Assembly (NCBI GenBank): GCA_001643675.2
Contig: LSRY02000006.1
Coordinates: 1,488,001 to 1,552,000, forward strand
Length of the DNA stretch: 64,000 nucleotides
DNA from: Monocercomonoides exilis PA203
Taxonomy: Eukaryota > Protista > Preaxostyla
Direction of reading: 5' to 3'
The translations under genes and the position numbers were made by a program. This document shows positions 51,081 to 62,373 of this stretch, piece by piece; position 1 is the stretch's first letter, and every line of letters begins with the position of its first letter. The notes under the pieces are model-generated. The model was not told where the DNA came from. It saw nothing but the letters and a program-made list of their open reading frames with translations, and made no database searches.

Positions 51081-53310
51081 ATGTCGTTTTCTAAACGCGA
51101 ATCGACATTAAATTCTCGATGCAATGTTCTATGGCAAGAAATAAAGCGCATCGGCGGAAATGACGTGGATTCGTTGCTTGCCTATTTGTTTTACACTTAC
51201 AGGCAATCATCTTCAGTAATTAATGATTTACTGAAGTCTTTGAATGGTTTGGTTTTTTATTTTTTTGTATTGTGTTAAAAATGTTATTTTGACTCTCGAT
51301 TATTTTTTTCATTTGTATTTGTTTATTATTTATTTTTTTGAAACAGAATATCACATAAAGCTGCTTGAAGACCTGTCTGTGGTGTACAACAACGCTCCGT
51401 TGCACACTCAGACAACAATGCTACAAGCGCTGTCCCGCAACACATCATTATCCGATTTACAGGACTATGGATATGATGTCACAGAAGGAAAATTTATTTA
51501 TGCGAAGCAAACGCTCAAAAAGAACCAAGGATTTATCATTCCTCCACAAAAACCTCATCTTCCGTCTTGCAAAAGTGGTTTGTTTTTATTTGAATTTTTT
51601 TTTGAATAATTTTCTCTGTTTATTTTAGGCTTAAATGAACAGGATTGGGAAAAGGGCAACAACTGGATGTTAGCCCATTCAACTGAAGCCTCCACTTCGC
51701 TTCAGTCAGCAAAGAAAAAGCAGCGAACTGAGCCAGATTACGCAAGATTTATTGATGAAGCAGCTTGGGAAGAAGAAATAATTACGGAAAATTCTTCTTC
51801 AAATAAAAAACAATCTTCTTCTTCTTCAACATCATCTCAACAAAATAAAAATTCAAAAACCATTTCAGAAAAAAATTCTTTTTCTTCAAATTCTTCTCCA
51901 TCTCAAGCTGTTGATGCCCCAATCAGTACTCCAATTAGGAGAGAAAGGGGTCCAACAAAAAACCAAAATAAAAATTCATATCACAAGCGTCATTCTTCTC
52001 CATCTCCAATACCAATTCACAAAATATTAAAATCAAAAACTTCTTCTTCACAAATTTCAATTACAAAAAAATTGAAAGAAAAAATATATTCTTCATCATT
52101 TCAGAATGATAATGTGTTTGTGAGCGACCAATTGGTCGATTATGCCACTTCACCCACATTAATTCCACCTCAAGCATTTCAAACCCTCTTTTCTTCATTT
52201 TCTAAAGAGAATGACACTTCAACAGTTCAACAACAAAGCATTCAATCTACAAATAATGAAATATCTATTCAAAACAATTCTTCAAAAAATATTTCAAAAA
52301 AGAATGCTAAAGAAAATTCAACAAAAAATCATTCTCATTCTCAATCTTCTTCAAATTCATTTAATACTTCGAAAACATCATCACAAATAGCAAAAGGATT
52401 GCCAAACTTAGGCAACACATGCTATTTGGCTTCTCTTCTTCAATGTTTCTCTTCAATAACTATTCAAAAACCATCTTTATTCAAAAAACAAACATCTTTG
52501 AAGAACACTCCTTCGCGTGTTGTAAGTGTTTGTCATCAATTGGCTAAAGATGGAACGTCAGTGCGTTCATGGATCCCATCTCTTATTGACAAATGGGAAG
52601 ATTTCTGCAACTATGGCAGCAGACAGCAACAAAATGTTGCTGAGGCGTTTGAAAATCTTCACCGACTTCTTCAAAAAGATGAGTTGATAAGCAAGGATTC
52701 CTTCAATCCAGTAATCATCACTCATCTCAAATGCCAAAAATGCCAACAAATCACATCACACTTCAATGAGATTTGTAACAATGTAGTTATCAATTCTTCC
52801 TCAACTCATAATGGATTATCTTCTCTCTTTGCAACTGAAGTTTTGGAAGGAAAGAATGCTGTCTATTGCAACGATTGCAAAGAGAAATGCTGTGCTGCGA
52901 GATGGGAGGAAATGGCTGCATTTCCAGAGGTGCTAGCCCTCTGTCATGAATGCACTGATGCTGCTAGTTCTACTCCTTCAAGAACATTACTAATAGAAAC
53001 AGATCGTGTTAACCAGCGCACTTTCTGCAAAGGGTTTTCAACAGAAAGAATTCAACATCTTCAAAAAGATAATCAGGAAACGATTATTTATCATCTTTCA
53101 GGACAAATTCTGTTCAAGAGTTTGAATCAAAATAATGGACACTACATTGCTGTTGTAAAAAGGAAGAATGGACATGATATCAAATGGAATGTTTGCAATG
53201 ATGCTGATATGACAGAATTTGATAATGATAAATGGAATTCATCATGGAAAGATATTTACGCTCAGGGTTACACTCCTTCTATTTCTTTCTACACAAAAGA
53301 AAAAACATAA
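51081..53310 (+). CDS. Transposon-borne gene 2: transposase N-terminal region + Ser-rich linker + USP/peptidase C19-like domain (exons 51081-51246, 51347-51577, 51629-53310)
   Basis: Two phase-1 GT-AG introns join the frame cleanly; GLPNLGNTCYLASLLQC, QQQNVAEAF, CQKC..CNDC, GHYIAVV..WNVCNDAD, SFY. Confidence 0.85.
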
Positions 53311-53387
53311 CCAACACTATCTGCTATTCAATTTGGTGGTTCTTCTTCTTCTTCAGAAACATCAAATTTAAACACTTTAAATAACAT

Positions 53388-53449
<62 letters not shown>

Positions 53450-54810
53450 TCATCACACCACCTCCTCGAACAACTTCCATTCCACAACTATCATCATCAA
53501 TCGCATCAAATTATGGATTGGAAGCACTGAAAGAAAAAAGAAAGAAAACGGGCATCTTTTCTCCGAATGAAAAGAGATTGATCTTCAAGCCCAAGACGAA
53601 ATTATGGAGTGAGTTCACAGAAGAAACAAACATTAAAGTTTCTCTGTCGCATTTCTACAAACTCACAACCAACTTCTCGAAAGCGAAAAGGCGTACAGAT
53701 CTCTGTGGCATGTGTGAGAAGTTGAACTATTTGGAGAATAAACTCAAATCTTCACAAAACAAAAATGGACTTTCTTCTGCTGAGTTTCACACTCTGAAAC
53801 TTCTTCGACAACATCGTCTTGTTGCAGAAATGCAACGAAAACATTATCAATCAACTGTTGATAATTTGAAAGAGGGAGAAGCAGTCTTCGTCTTCGACTT
53901 TAAAGAAAAATGGAAACTCCCTATCCGAAAAAATCAACTTCAACAAGAATTCTTCAACTATCAACAGGTTTCTCAATTCACAATCATCTCTCTTCAAAAA
54001 ATTAATAATCAACAAATAAAACGAACTTTCAACTTCTTCTCCGACTGCCTCTCATATGATCACAGATTTGTTATTGAGTGTCTGGAATCTGTGGTCAAAA
54101 GACACTTCTTCGCAGACACTCACACCTTTAAGTTCTTCTGCGATTCGGGTCCACACAACCGAAATCGCTTCCTTCTTCACTTCATCCTCTCCAAACAATC
54201 CAAACTTCTCAAAAAGAAAAATACTCAACTCAACTTCTTCGCTGAGCACCACGGAAAAAATATCTGTGATAGTGAATTTGGTACGTTAGTGAATGCAATC
54301 GACAACAATCTTTCGACTGAACACATCACCACACTTCATGATTTGATCAACTTCTTCGAAAACAATATGAACACTTCGACATCATCTTCTTCAACTTCAC
54401 AATCAAACATTTTCTCAACATCATCAAACTCTTCACCATCTTCAACATCTGTCAATGACTCTGTGCATGAGAGGTACTTTGAAGAGTATGTACCATCTCA
54501 GCAAATTTCATGGCCATCACTGTCAGTTCCCCACATGAAAGATTACTTGTATTTTGAGCGCAAGGGCTCATTTGTCTGTGCTTCGGCTGTTGGATATCTT
54601 CCTCAACGCTCTCTGGTTGCCCTCGAATCTTCGACAATGAAAGAAAAGGTTCAACGAACAAGGAAGTCATTTCACTCTGATATCACATCATCAAACTCTT
54701 CTCTTCTTTCTCAATCTTCTCAAGATCTTCTTTCAAGGAGATTTGAGCTTCTTCTCGACTCTTCTTCTTTTAATGAATCTCAAAATTGTTCTTTTGGTGT
54801 CCCCTATTAA
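53311..54810 (+). CDS. DDD-type transposase core (Sola-like), in frame with gene 2 beyond one TAA, with no ATG upstream of the first conserved block
   Basis: KRLIF..LWSEF..IKVSLSHFYKL, TDLCGMC, H..A..QR, VFDFKEK, FFCDSGPHNRN, NFFAEHHGKNICDSEFG. Confidence 0.8.
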
Positions 54811-54814
54811 GAAA

Positions 54815-54960
54815 CTAGTTGTTGTGTATGCTTAGCTGGCACTCTATCGGAAGGGTGCTGGACATGACTGTTCGTATTAGATATTGCAGCCTTCGGGCTG
54901 CTTTATCCGGACCTGGATACGACGAACAGCCTCCCAGGTACACAACAGTTAGAATCCGAT
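54815..54960 (+). ncRNA. Putative structured RNA element directly 3' of the transposase stop
   Basis: Five nested helices with G-U wobbles that work on the + strand, a cUUCGg tetraloop and a 6-bp loop complement downstream; family unknown. Confidence 0.6.
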
Positions 54961-55678
54961 TGTTTTCTTGTGCTTTTTGTCCCTATAATGTCCCTATAAT
55001 TAAATTGGTTATTGTCCCGCTTATATTTGTATTAATCGAGATTCATAAATAGAGAGAGTTGTGAGGGAATTCATTGATCTTTGAGTGAGGTTTTTGGAAG
55101 GGAGAGTTGTTGAGAGTGTGAAGTGATGTTTTATTATTGTGTCTGTCTTTTTTCTTTGTTGAATTTGATCTTTTTGAGTCAAAGTGAGAGAAATATCAGA
55201 AAGGGGAGAGTGGATGGAAAACAGAGGGAAAATAGACAAGTTAGTTTTTGAACTTTTTATATAAGTATTCTTTTTTGTTAGGAATTGTCTTTGATACCAT
55301 GAATTTGTTGAAATAGTGCTATTTCTTCTTATATTTTTCATTGTTCAAAATTGTTGATATTTAGTTGATATTTGGTGATTGTTTAATGATTATGTGACAG
55401 AATTGTGTTTTTTTGAAAGTTATTGAATCTGATTAGAAAATTTCTAACTGTTTTCAATTTTTTAAATGATTAATATTATGAAGTACTTTTTGTTTTTTTA
55501 TGTCATTTTGATTGGTGAATGATTGTTATTTTTTAACGTATTTTTTTTCATTTCACTCATTTTTCTATGATTTTCAGTAAAACTCAATTACAAAAATGAA
55601 ACACATTTTTGAAACGACCACTCATCTAATCATTCAGTAATGCATGAAAAATGAAAAAATATGACACATATTCAACAA

Positions 55679-56147
55679 CAATTTTGAATGAAAAAAAGGA
55701 TCCGACCCTATATTTTATTTTTTTCGAGGGCAAAAAGATCAAAAAATTTCGCGCTAAAGGGCGAAAATTGCAGATTTCAAAAAGCAGTTTTTTGGCAATA
55801 GATGAAGTTAAATCGATGAAATAAACCATTTTGAACAAAAAAAAGTGGCATCGAGATTCTGATCCTTCTGTCATCTTCATTGTTTGAAGCGGAAAACAGA
55901 AGTTTTTTCCATGAATACAAGTTTTTAAAATTCAGAAAAAACATTTTTCTAACTCTTATCACATAAATAACTATTAAACATAAAATCAAAATTTTTCTGA
56001 TATTTGTTTTTTTTTTAATAAATATTCAAAAATTCAAAAAGATATGGTTCTGATTAAAGCTGGAGTTTTGTTTCTTTCATTTTTTTAAAACCACTTGCTT
56101 TTCCAACTTTTTGCGGGTTTGCTAATACTTTCTATTTTTTAATGTTT
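55679..56147 (-). repeat. Right terminal inverted repeat (469 bp)
   Basis: Reverse complement of 47671-48139. Confidence 0.95.
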
Positions 56148-56859
56148 GTAGTAATGCTATTATTTCTCAAATATTTTTTTTATTTACCACTTTTTTTAAA
56201 AAATATGTCAAAATATATTCAAAATCTTTTTATTTTATATTTGTTTGTCAGTAATATCTGATTCTTATAATGTTGGCCTGTATATATCTTGCATTGTAGT
56301 TTCTATTGAAATGGTTTTTAAAAATAAAGAATTTCATCAGATTCTGCTTTCAACCGAACATATTTTCTGGCGCTGATTGAGTTCACTCTGCTGCTCGTAC
56401 ACCAACAAGAAGAATGAAATATCATGCATTCATTCATCTTATTGGCGAGTTGCATCAATGATTGAAACAGTGGCATTTTTTTTTTAATGTGAAAGTGCTT
56501 TCACAGCGCGTTGTGGCTAATGCAATGAGACGGGGAATTCAATTGTTTGTCGGCTGGAGACAGCAGTGGAAGAGCAAGAAAGGTAAAAGAATGCTCATGT
56601 TTTATGCAGGACAAGGGAGATTTGTTTTGTAGAAACAGAACTGCAGAGAAAGGAAACGAACGAGAACTAAAGATGGAGGTAAGATAAAGGAATGAGAAGC
56701 AAGAGAGGTAGAATAGAAAATAAGAAATGTTATTTTGTTCAATCTATTTAATTCAATCTTCTTTTTTTTTTCAATTTTGAACTTAATAATTATAATTTCA
56801 AGATCCTTGCATGATTTTTTATTATTTTTTCTCTGATTCAGATACAGATAACATTCTCA

Positions 56860-59800
56860 CATGGCTTTTTTTGACGAAGCAGATGCGTCAGTTGAATATA
56901 CTAGTCTCAGAATTGCGAGCAGAAAACAGATGGTGCGGCGTTGGTGTGCGTCCATTTGGTTGGTGATGGGCTGAAACATGGGGTGCCGAGAGTTGATAGT
57001 CGAAGTACAAAGTGCAGTAGTCGATTGGGCTGTTTGAGTGGAAGATGCAAGAGCATCGGCAGAACCTGGCGCGGATGCGGGAGTTTGATAAGCCACGAAA
57101 GACATAGCGGACAGCTGGAGCAGCAGAAGTGGTGTCGCCGACGCTGCTACTGCTGAAGCCGCGGGGGGAGTTCGATAAGGAATCGGAGCTTTCGTGCGTG
57201 ACTGCGGTGCATAAGAAGAAAATTATCTGGGAAGATAACAAAGTGTTAGTGAAGCTGCTTGAGTGCAAGAAGTGTGAGCCTTGTGAAGTTGTGTTAAAGA
57301 TACGGGAGACATGACGGGAGCTGAACTGAAAGATGGGAGATAAGAATGTGAAGAGGATGGAGGTGGAGATGAGCAAGAGGATGATTGCGAGTCAGTCAAT
57401 GGAAGAGAGAAAGTGGAAGAGAGAGAAGAAAAAGAAGGAGATGAAGACAATGAGAACTGCAACAAGATGGAGGATGAGAGAGAAGAACGAAATTTTGTTC
57501 AGCGGAGATAACATAGAAGGGAAATTGACGTCGCCAATTGAGAGAGAAAGAGAAAGAGGAAATAGAATTGAACACGAGGGTTCTTTATAGACAGAGAAAG
57601 ATGGCATTTCCAAAAGCAAAGTCGATAGAATGATACATTTGGAGTCATTTGATGGAGGCAGAACATCTCTCGTTATTCCTTCCTGCGAAGAATGGCTGCT
57701 GTCAGGAAAAGTTGTGGCAGACGAAGAGTTTTTGAGTTCCATTCAACAAATGAGGGAGACAGAAGTGGCAGGGGCAAATGCTATGAGAAGGAGCAGAAGA
57801 GGAGATGGGTCATTTTGTGTTGAAGACGAAGAGGAAGAAGAGAGAAGGAAAAACGAGCTGAGTGTACTGAACGGGAGTGAGTCTGAAGCATCAATATCGA
57901 CTTCGAAGAAAAGCATACGTGCTTGTGATACGTCTTCAGTGATTTTATCATTATCATCTTCAACGCCTTATTCCTCTTCTCGGAGCACCAAGACGTTTTT
58001 CCGCGATCCAAAGGATGAATCCAAAATGACAGCGAAAAGGAAGAAATGCAGCAAGGATGACATGGTTCTGTTCCAGGAAGACGAAGATTATTACTTCTGG
58101 TCAAAGAACACAACTGCAAACAAATCATTAAGCCCATCTATTTCTCAATCACAGGCATCGTCTTCATCTTCCCCTCAGATTTCTTCATGATTTCTCCACA
58201 ATGTGCCAGCAAACACACAAAGGCTCCACGAAGCAACCTTCTTGTGATGATGGAAGGGATGAAGAGGAGGAAAGAGGAGAAGAAGAACACAGATTCTCTT
58301 TCGCTATGCTCATCACTGACACCTGAAAGGATACTGACTCTGATTTCAGCTAATGATATTGCGCCTGCAGATGACAAGTGGTTTGAGGAGAAAGAGAAAG
58401 ATGTGGATGTAGTGAAAGGAGCAATAAACGAAGGCGAGAATGAAATTTGACGAAAGATTGAGGCGAATAAAAGAAAGGAAGTTGAGAGAAGAAAGAGAAA
58501 GAGAAGCAGAAAGAATGAAAAACTCGCCTTTCAACCAGCAAAATGCTGTTAACACAACGTCAATTGGACCGAATCAGACTCCTCAGTCAATTCCTCAGCC
58601 AACTACATCAGCATCCTTCTCTTCTTCTCCTTCCTCCTCTTCTTTATCATCATCATAACCTTCTTCTCTATCCTCACATATTCCATCTAATTTCAATCTT
58701 GTTGCCAATGCTTTGTCTTTTTCACATCAATCACTTTTCCCCCTCTTTCAATGTGATCTTTTCTCCTTCTTCCACCTACATTCAAACTCCCACTTATCAA
58801 ATGAAGCATCCCGTTTCAATGCCCACTTTGCTTTCCTGTGCCAAAATTGACGGCTAATCCAGACCACATCGAACGAATTGAGTTGGAGAAAGCGATATAG
58901 CCGAAGATGGAGAAGATGCAGAAGAATGAGGCAGAGAAGGATACAAAGGAGCAGCTGGAGGAAGAGAAGGAAAACTCGGAGAAAGATCAGGAAAAGCTCG
59001 AAGACGAGCAGAAGAAGGCGCTGGAGCAGGCTGAGAAGAAGCGGGAGGCATTTGCCTCGTATCTGAAGAAGAAGAAGATTGAGAGAAGCGAATCGAATTT
59101 CAAAAGTGGAGCAAAGCAGAGGAAGGTGCGGATGAAGGAGAATGTTGAATCGCTTTCTTGTTGTTTGGATGATGAAGGAGCTGTCGATTCGAGATGATCT
59201 GTATTTTGACAGACAGGCTGTTCTATTTGGAAGCTTTGGAGATGTGTTTCCCAATAAAAGCACATTTTCAGCTGCAGAAGAAGGAAAAGATAGTATTTCT
59301 GAAAACTTATCTTCTTCAAAAGAACAACAAAAGAAGAAGAAAAAGAAGAACAAGAAGAAAATTGCATTTAAATAGAACAAAAACATTCGGAGCAAAAGCG
59401 AAGCGAAAATGCGAAGGCGTTTTTCGATGTTTAATTTGAGAGATTATTTTGCTTCTTCTTCTGCTCCTTTGCAGAAAAGCATGCTATTTGATGAATGTCT
59501 TGTGAAATACAAAGAAAATTTGCAAGCACATCAAAAAAAGCGTGAAAGAAGCTTCTTCTTCTTCTTTTCCTCTTTGGATTCTTCTGCTAATAGTGGTGAA
59601 GCTGAAGTTTCGCAGCCTTATTTGCCATTTCCAAGTACATCTGCTTCTTCTTCTTCTTCTTCTTCTTCTTCTTCTTCTTTAAAGCCTCACTCACATTCTC
59701 ATTCCTCAAAGTCATCTCATTCAAAACCCAGCTCATCAACAACTACCTTATCACCTTCCTCAACAGCTGTACCAACTGCTTCATCATCATCACCTTCTTC

Positions 59801-62373
59801 TTCAACTTCTTCTATTTCGTCTTATTCATCAGCCTTTCAAAATACTTCTATTATAAAACAATTTTTTTATCCCCTCCAGCTTCTTGCATAGACACACAAG
59901 AAGTACAGCGATCGCACCCTCAAACTGATCTCTATTGCACATTTACGCTCAACCCTCTCGCAAAATGCTGCTGAAATCAAAAGGCAAAAAAGGATGCCAG
60001 CAGAAAGTCAGAAGCGAAACTCATCTCTTTCATCTTTTTCAGCAAAGACTCAACTGACTATTTCAACATTTTCTGCGCATTCATACTCAGTTACATATTC
60101 TTCTTCTTTGTTTTCTTCCTCTTCCTTTTCTTCTGTTTCTCAAGAACCACCTTGTTCGCCCCGCCCCACCTTTCCTTCTTTTCTCCACCACTGAGTCGGC
60201 TGTGCTGAGACTTGCGGGCAGAGTAGCACGATGGAAGACAGCGTGTTGCTGCTGCCCATTGATGGATGAGGCGTAGAGAAGCTTGTGTGCGATGGAGAAG
60301 AGGGGATTTTGGCTCGCATACTGAAATATCCGCAGGAGCTGAGGTTTGGTGAGAAAGGAATGAAGGCACTGGAAGACAGAGAGGATGAGATCTGGGCAAG
60401 GATGATGAGAGAGAAAGAGAAAAGGAAGAAGGAAAGAATGGAAAAGGAAAAGATAGGAAGAAAAGAGAAAGAAAAGAAGAAGAGGATGATAAATCCAGAA
60501 ATAAGCTAAATACAAACACAGAAGCAAGTAATGTTGAAATTAACTCACAAACGTTGCCTTCATCTTCTCCTTCGTAGTCATCATCTTCTTCTTTATATTC
60601 TTCAACAAAAAGTATTTAAGAACAGAATGTGAATGCACACACAACAAATGCAGCTGATGATGCTTTTCTTCAACCTCCTCTGAATATTCCTCCTCCTCCT
60701 CCTCTTTCCACTCAAGCTCAATTCAATGCCTCTGCTCTCTTCTCAACTACTTCTTCCATACTCCACTATGCACCTCTTCTTCTTCTTCTTTTTCTTCTTC
60801 TTATCCTTCCTCTTCCTCTTCTTCGTATTCCCTTTTTCTGCTTTCTCTTCCCCATCCTCTTATTTTCCCTTCACAACTCGATTCATCTTCATCGTCTCCT
60901 TCTCCTTCTTCCCCTTCTTATCTCTCTTTCTCTCAGAGTTAAGAATGACAGATTTCAAGGTGTGTCTTTTCATCTGTTTCTTCCTTAACACGAAAGCCTG
61001 AAAGCATTGATACGAAAGGCAGAGGAGAGAGATGATTGTTAATTCAGCGCCGAGTGAATCAACAGTTGAGGAGCCACTAAGATGTGCCAGGAAAAATGAC
61101 TCCGCCTCCTCATTTGAACGAGGCGATCTTGAGTGCTCAAACAGATCAAGCAGATGAGGTTGCAGCTGGCGGTTAGGGAAAATAAACAAATGGAAAGGCT
61201 TTTGCTGGTGAGCTGGAAGTTGTCGGTATACACACTCCAACAGAGCTTGTCGAGCGAGATGATAGTGAAGATGGAACGCATCATGCTGAAGAAGCATATT
61301 GACTGATTTCACAGCAAGATGAAAATAACAACACTGAAACCTCCAATGGCGAGATACGTGGTGATGAGATACTCAACAAAGTTGCTGATGTCATCGTCGA
61401 GCAGGAGCAGAGGCTGGCAACACTGAGGACGGAGAGGTTGGTGTCGGAGGGAAAGAGGGAGGAAGCGGGGAGAGCACGAAGAGCAGGGCATGTGAAGTGG
61501 AAGGAATAAACAGATATGTTGGAGGGGCGAAGGGTTCTTCAACAAGAACAAATGAGGGTGGGGTTGATGTGGGCATGTTTGCCGGCTGCAGAAAAGAGGG
61601 AAGAAGATGCAGTGAGGGATCCGTCGAGAGGAGAAGAGGGAAGAGTGTGCAGATGCGAAGGAAGAGTGAAAAAGAAATTGCAGAAGGTGAGGATGCAGTT
61701 GTTGAGAAAAGCGACAATAGCAATGAGATAGTTGTGGCGAAGAAAACAAGTTCAAGATTTCCCGAGGTTTAACGACGCGGATGAAAGCAAGGGAGATCGG
61801 TGTATCGAAGAAGGAGGAGGCGAAGATTCAGAAGGCGTTGCAGATGGCGCGGTAGATATGGAGGACGGCTGTGGAGAGTAAAGCGCAGGGGGAAAGCGGG
61901 GAGCAGTGCTGGCAGGCAGAGGTTCAGGTGTCCTGCTCGACGAACATTTAGTAGGCGCGTAAGAATGTGATTAAGGGGAGGAGTCGACATCGATGTTGGG
62001 GTCTGTGGGAGGAGTGGAAGGCGAAGTGGAGGTTGAAAATGAGAGTGGGAGGTGGGGGCCGGCTGTGGTCAGCACGAATCCGCTGAGCTCATCGATGGCA
62101 AACACCACGCAACCCAAGCCATGTGTCTGTGCCTGGCCTCGCAACCTCCTCTGGACTCGCTGCGATCTTTACACATCCCCCGCCTTCGCTCCCCTTCTCC
62201 CCACCCCTGCCATCTTCTCACACCTGCTGCACTCCACCACGCTGATGCTCCCAGTGCACATGGTCTGTGAAAACAACGTGCTCGCCACTTCTTCCAGTGT
62301 TTCGAACTTGCACAGTATCAGCCTCCAAGAGCTGATTGTTATCAGCCCGAAAATAATCATCTCTACTTTCTAA
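56860..62373. pseudogene. Degraded low-complexity coding-like sequence with many stops and frameshifts
   Basis: Exon-like composition (poly-Ser and E/K runs, higher GC) but only short broken ORFs. Confidence 0.4.

Larger units (their letters stand above)
47671..56147. mobile_element. ~8.5-kb cut-and-paste DNA transposon (Sola-like) with long TIRs, carrying USP-like peptidase domains
   Basis: 469-bp inverted repeats at both ends and an internal DDD-type transposase ORF. Confidence 0.88.

Noticed and set aside
53308-53310. TAA read as Gln through a non-standard nuclear code (as in some oxymonads and ciliates)
   Set aside because: Conserved genes here end in TAA or TAG (NAE1, PWI protein, Pho88, exosome subunit), and multi-kb Gln-rich ORFs have no in-frame TAA/TAG, so the host code is standard.
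53518-54810. Fanzor/TnpB-like RNA-guided nuclease, suggested by the adjacent structured RNA
   Set aside because: No RuvC D-x-G / E / C-terminal Zn-finger-D arrangement is visible; the motifs fit a DDD transposase.
54886-54916. Minus-strand CAGGUCCGGAUAAAGCAGCC resembling SRP RNA helix 8; SECIS, hammerhead and HDV ribozyme were also considered
   Set aside because: The apical SRP stem cannot pair and the wobbles favour the + strand. There is no SECIS GA quartet (and the stop is TAA), no hammerhead CUGANGA/GAAA core and no HDV topology.
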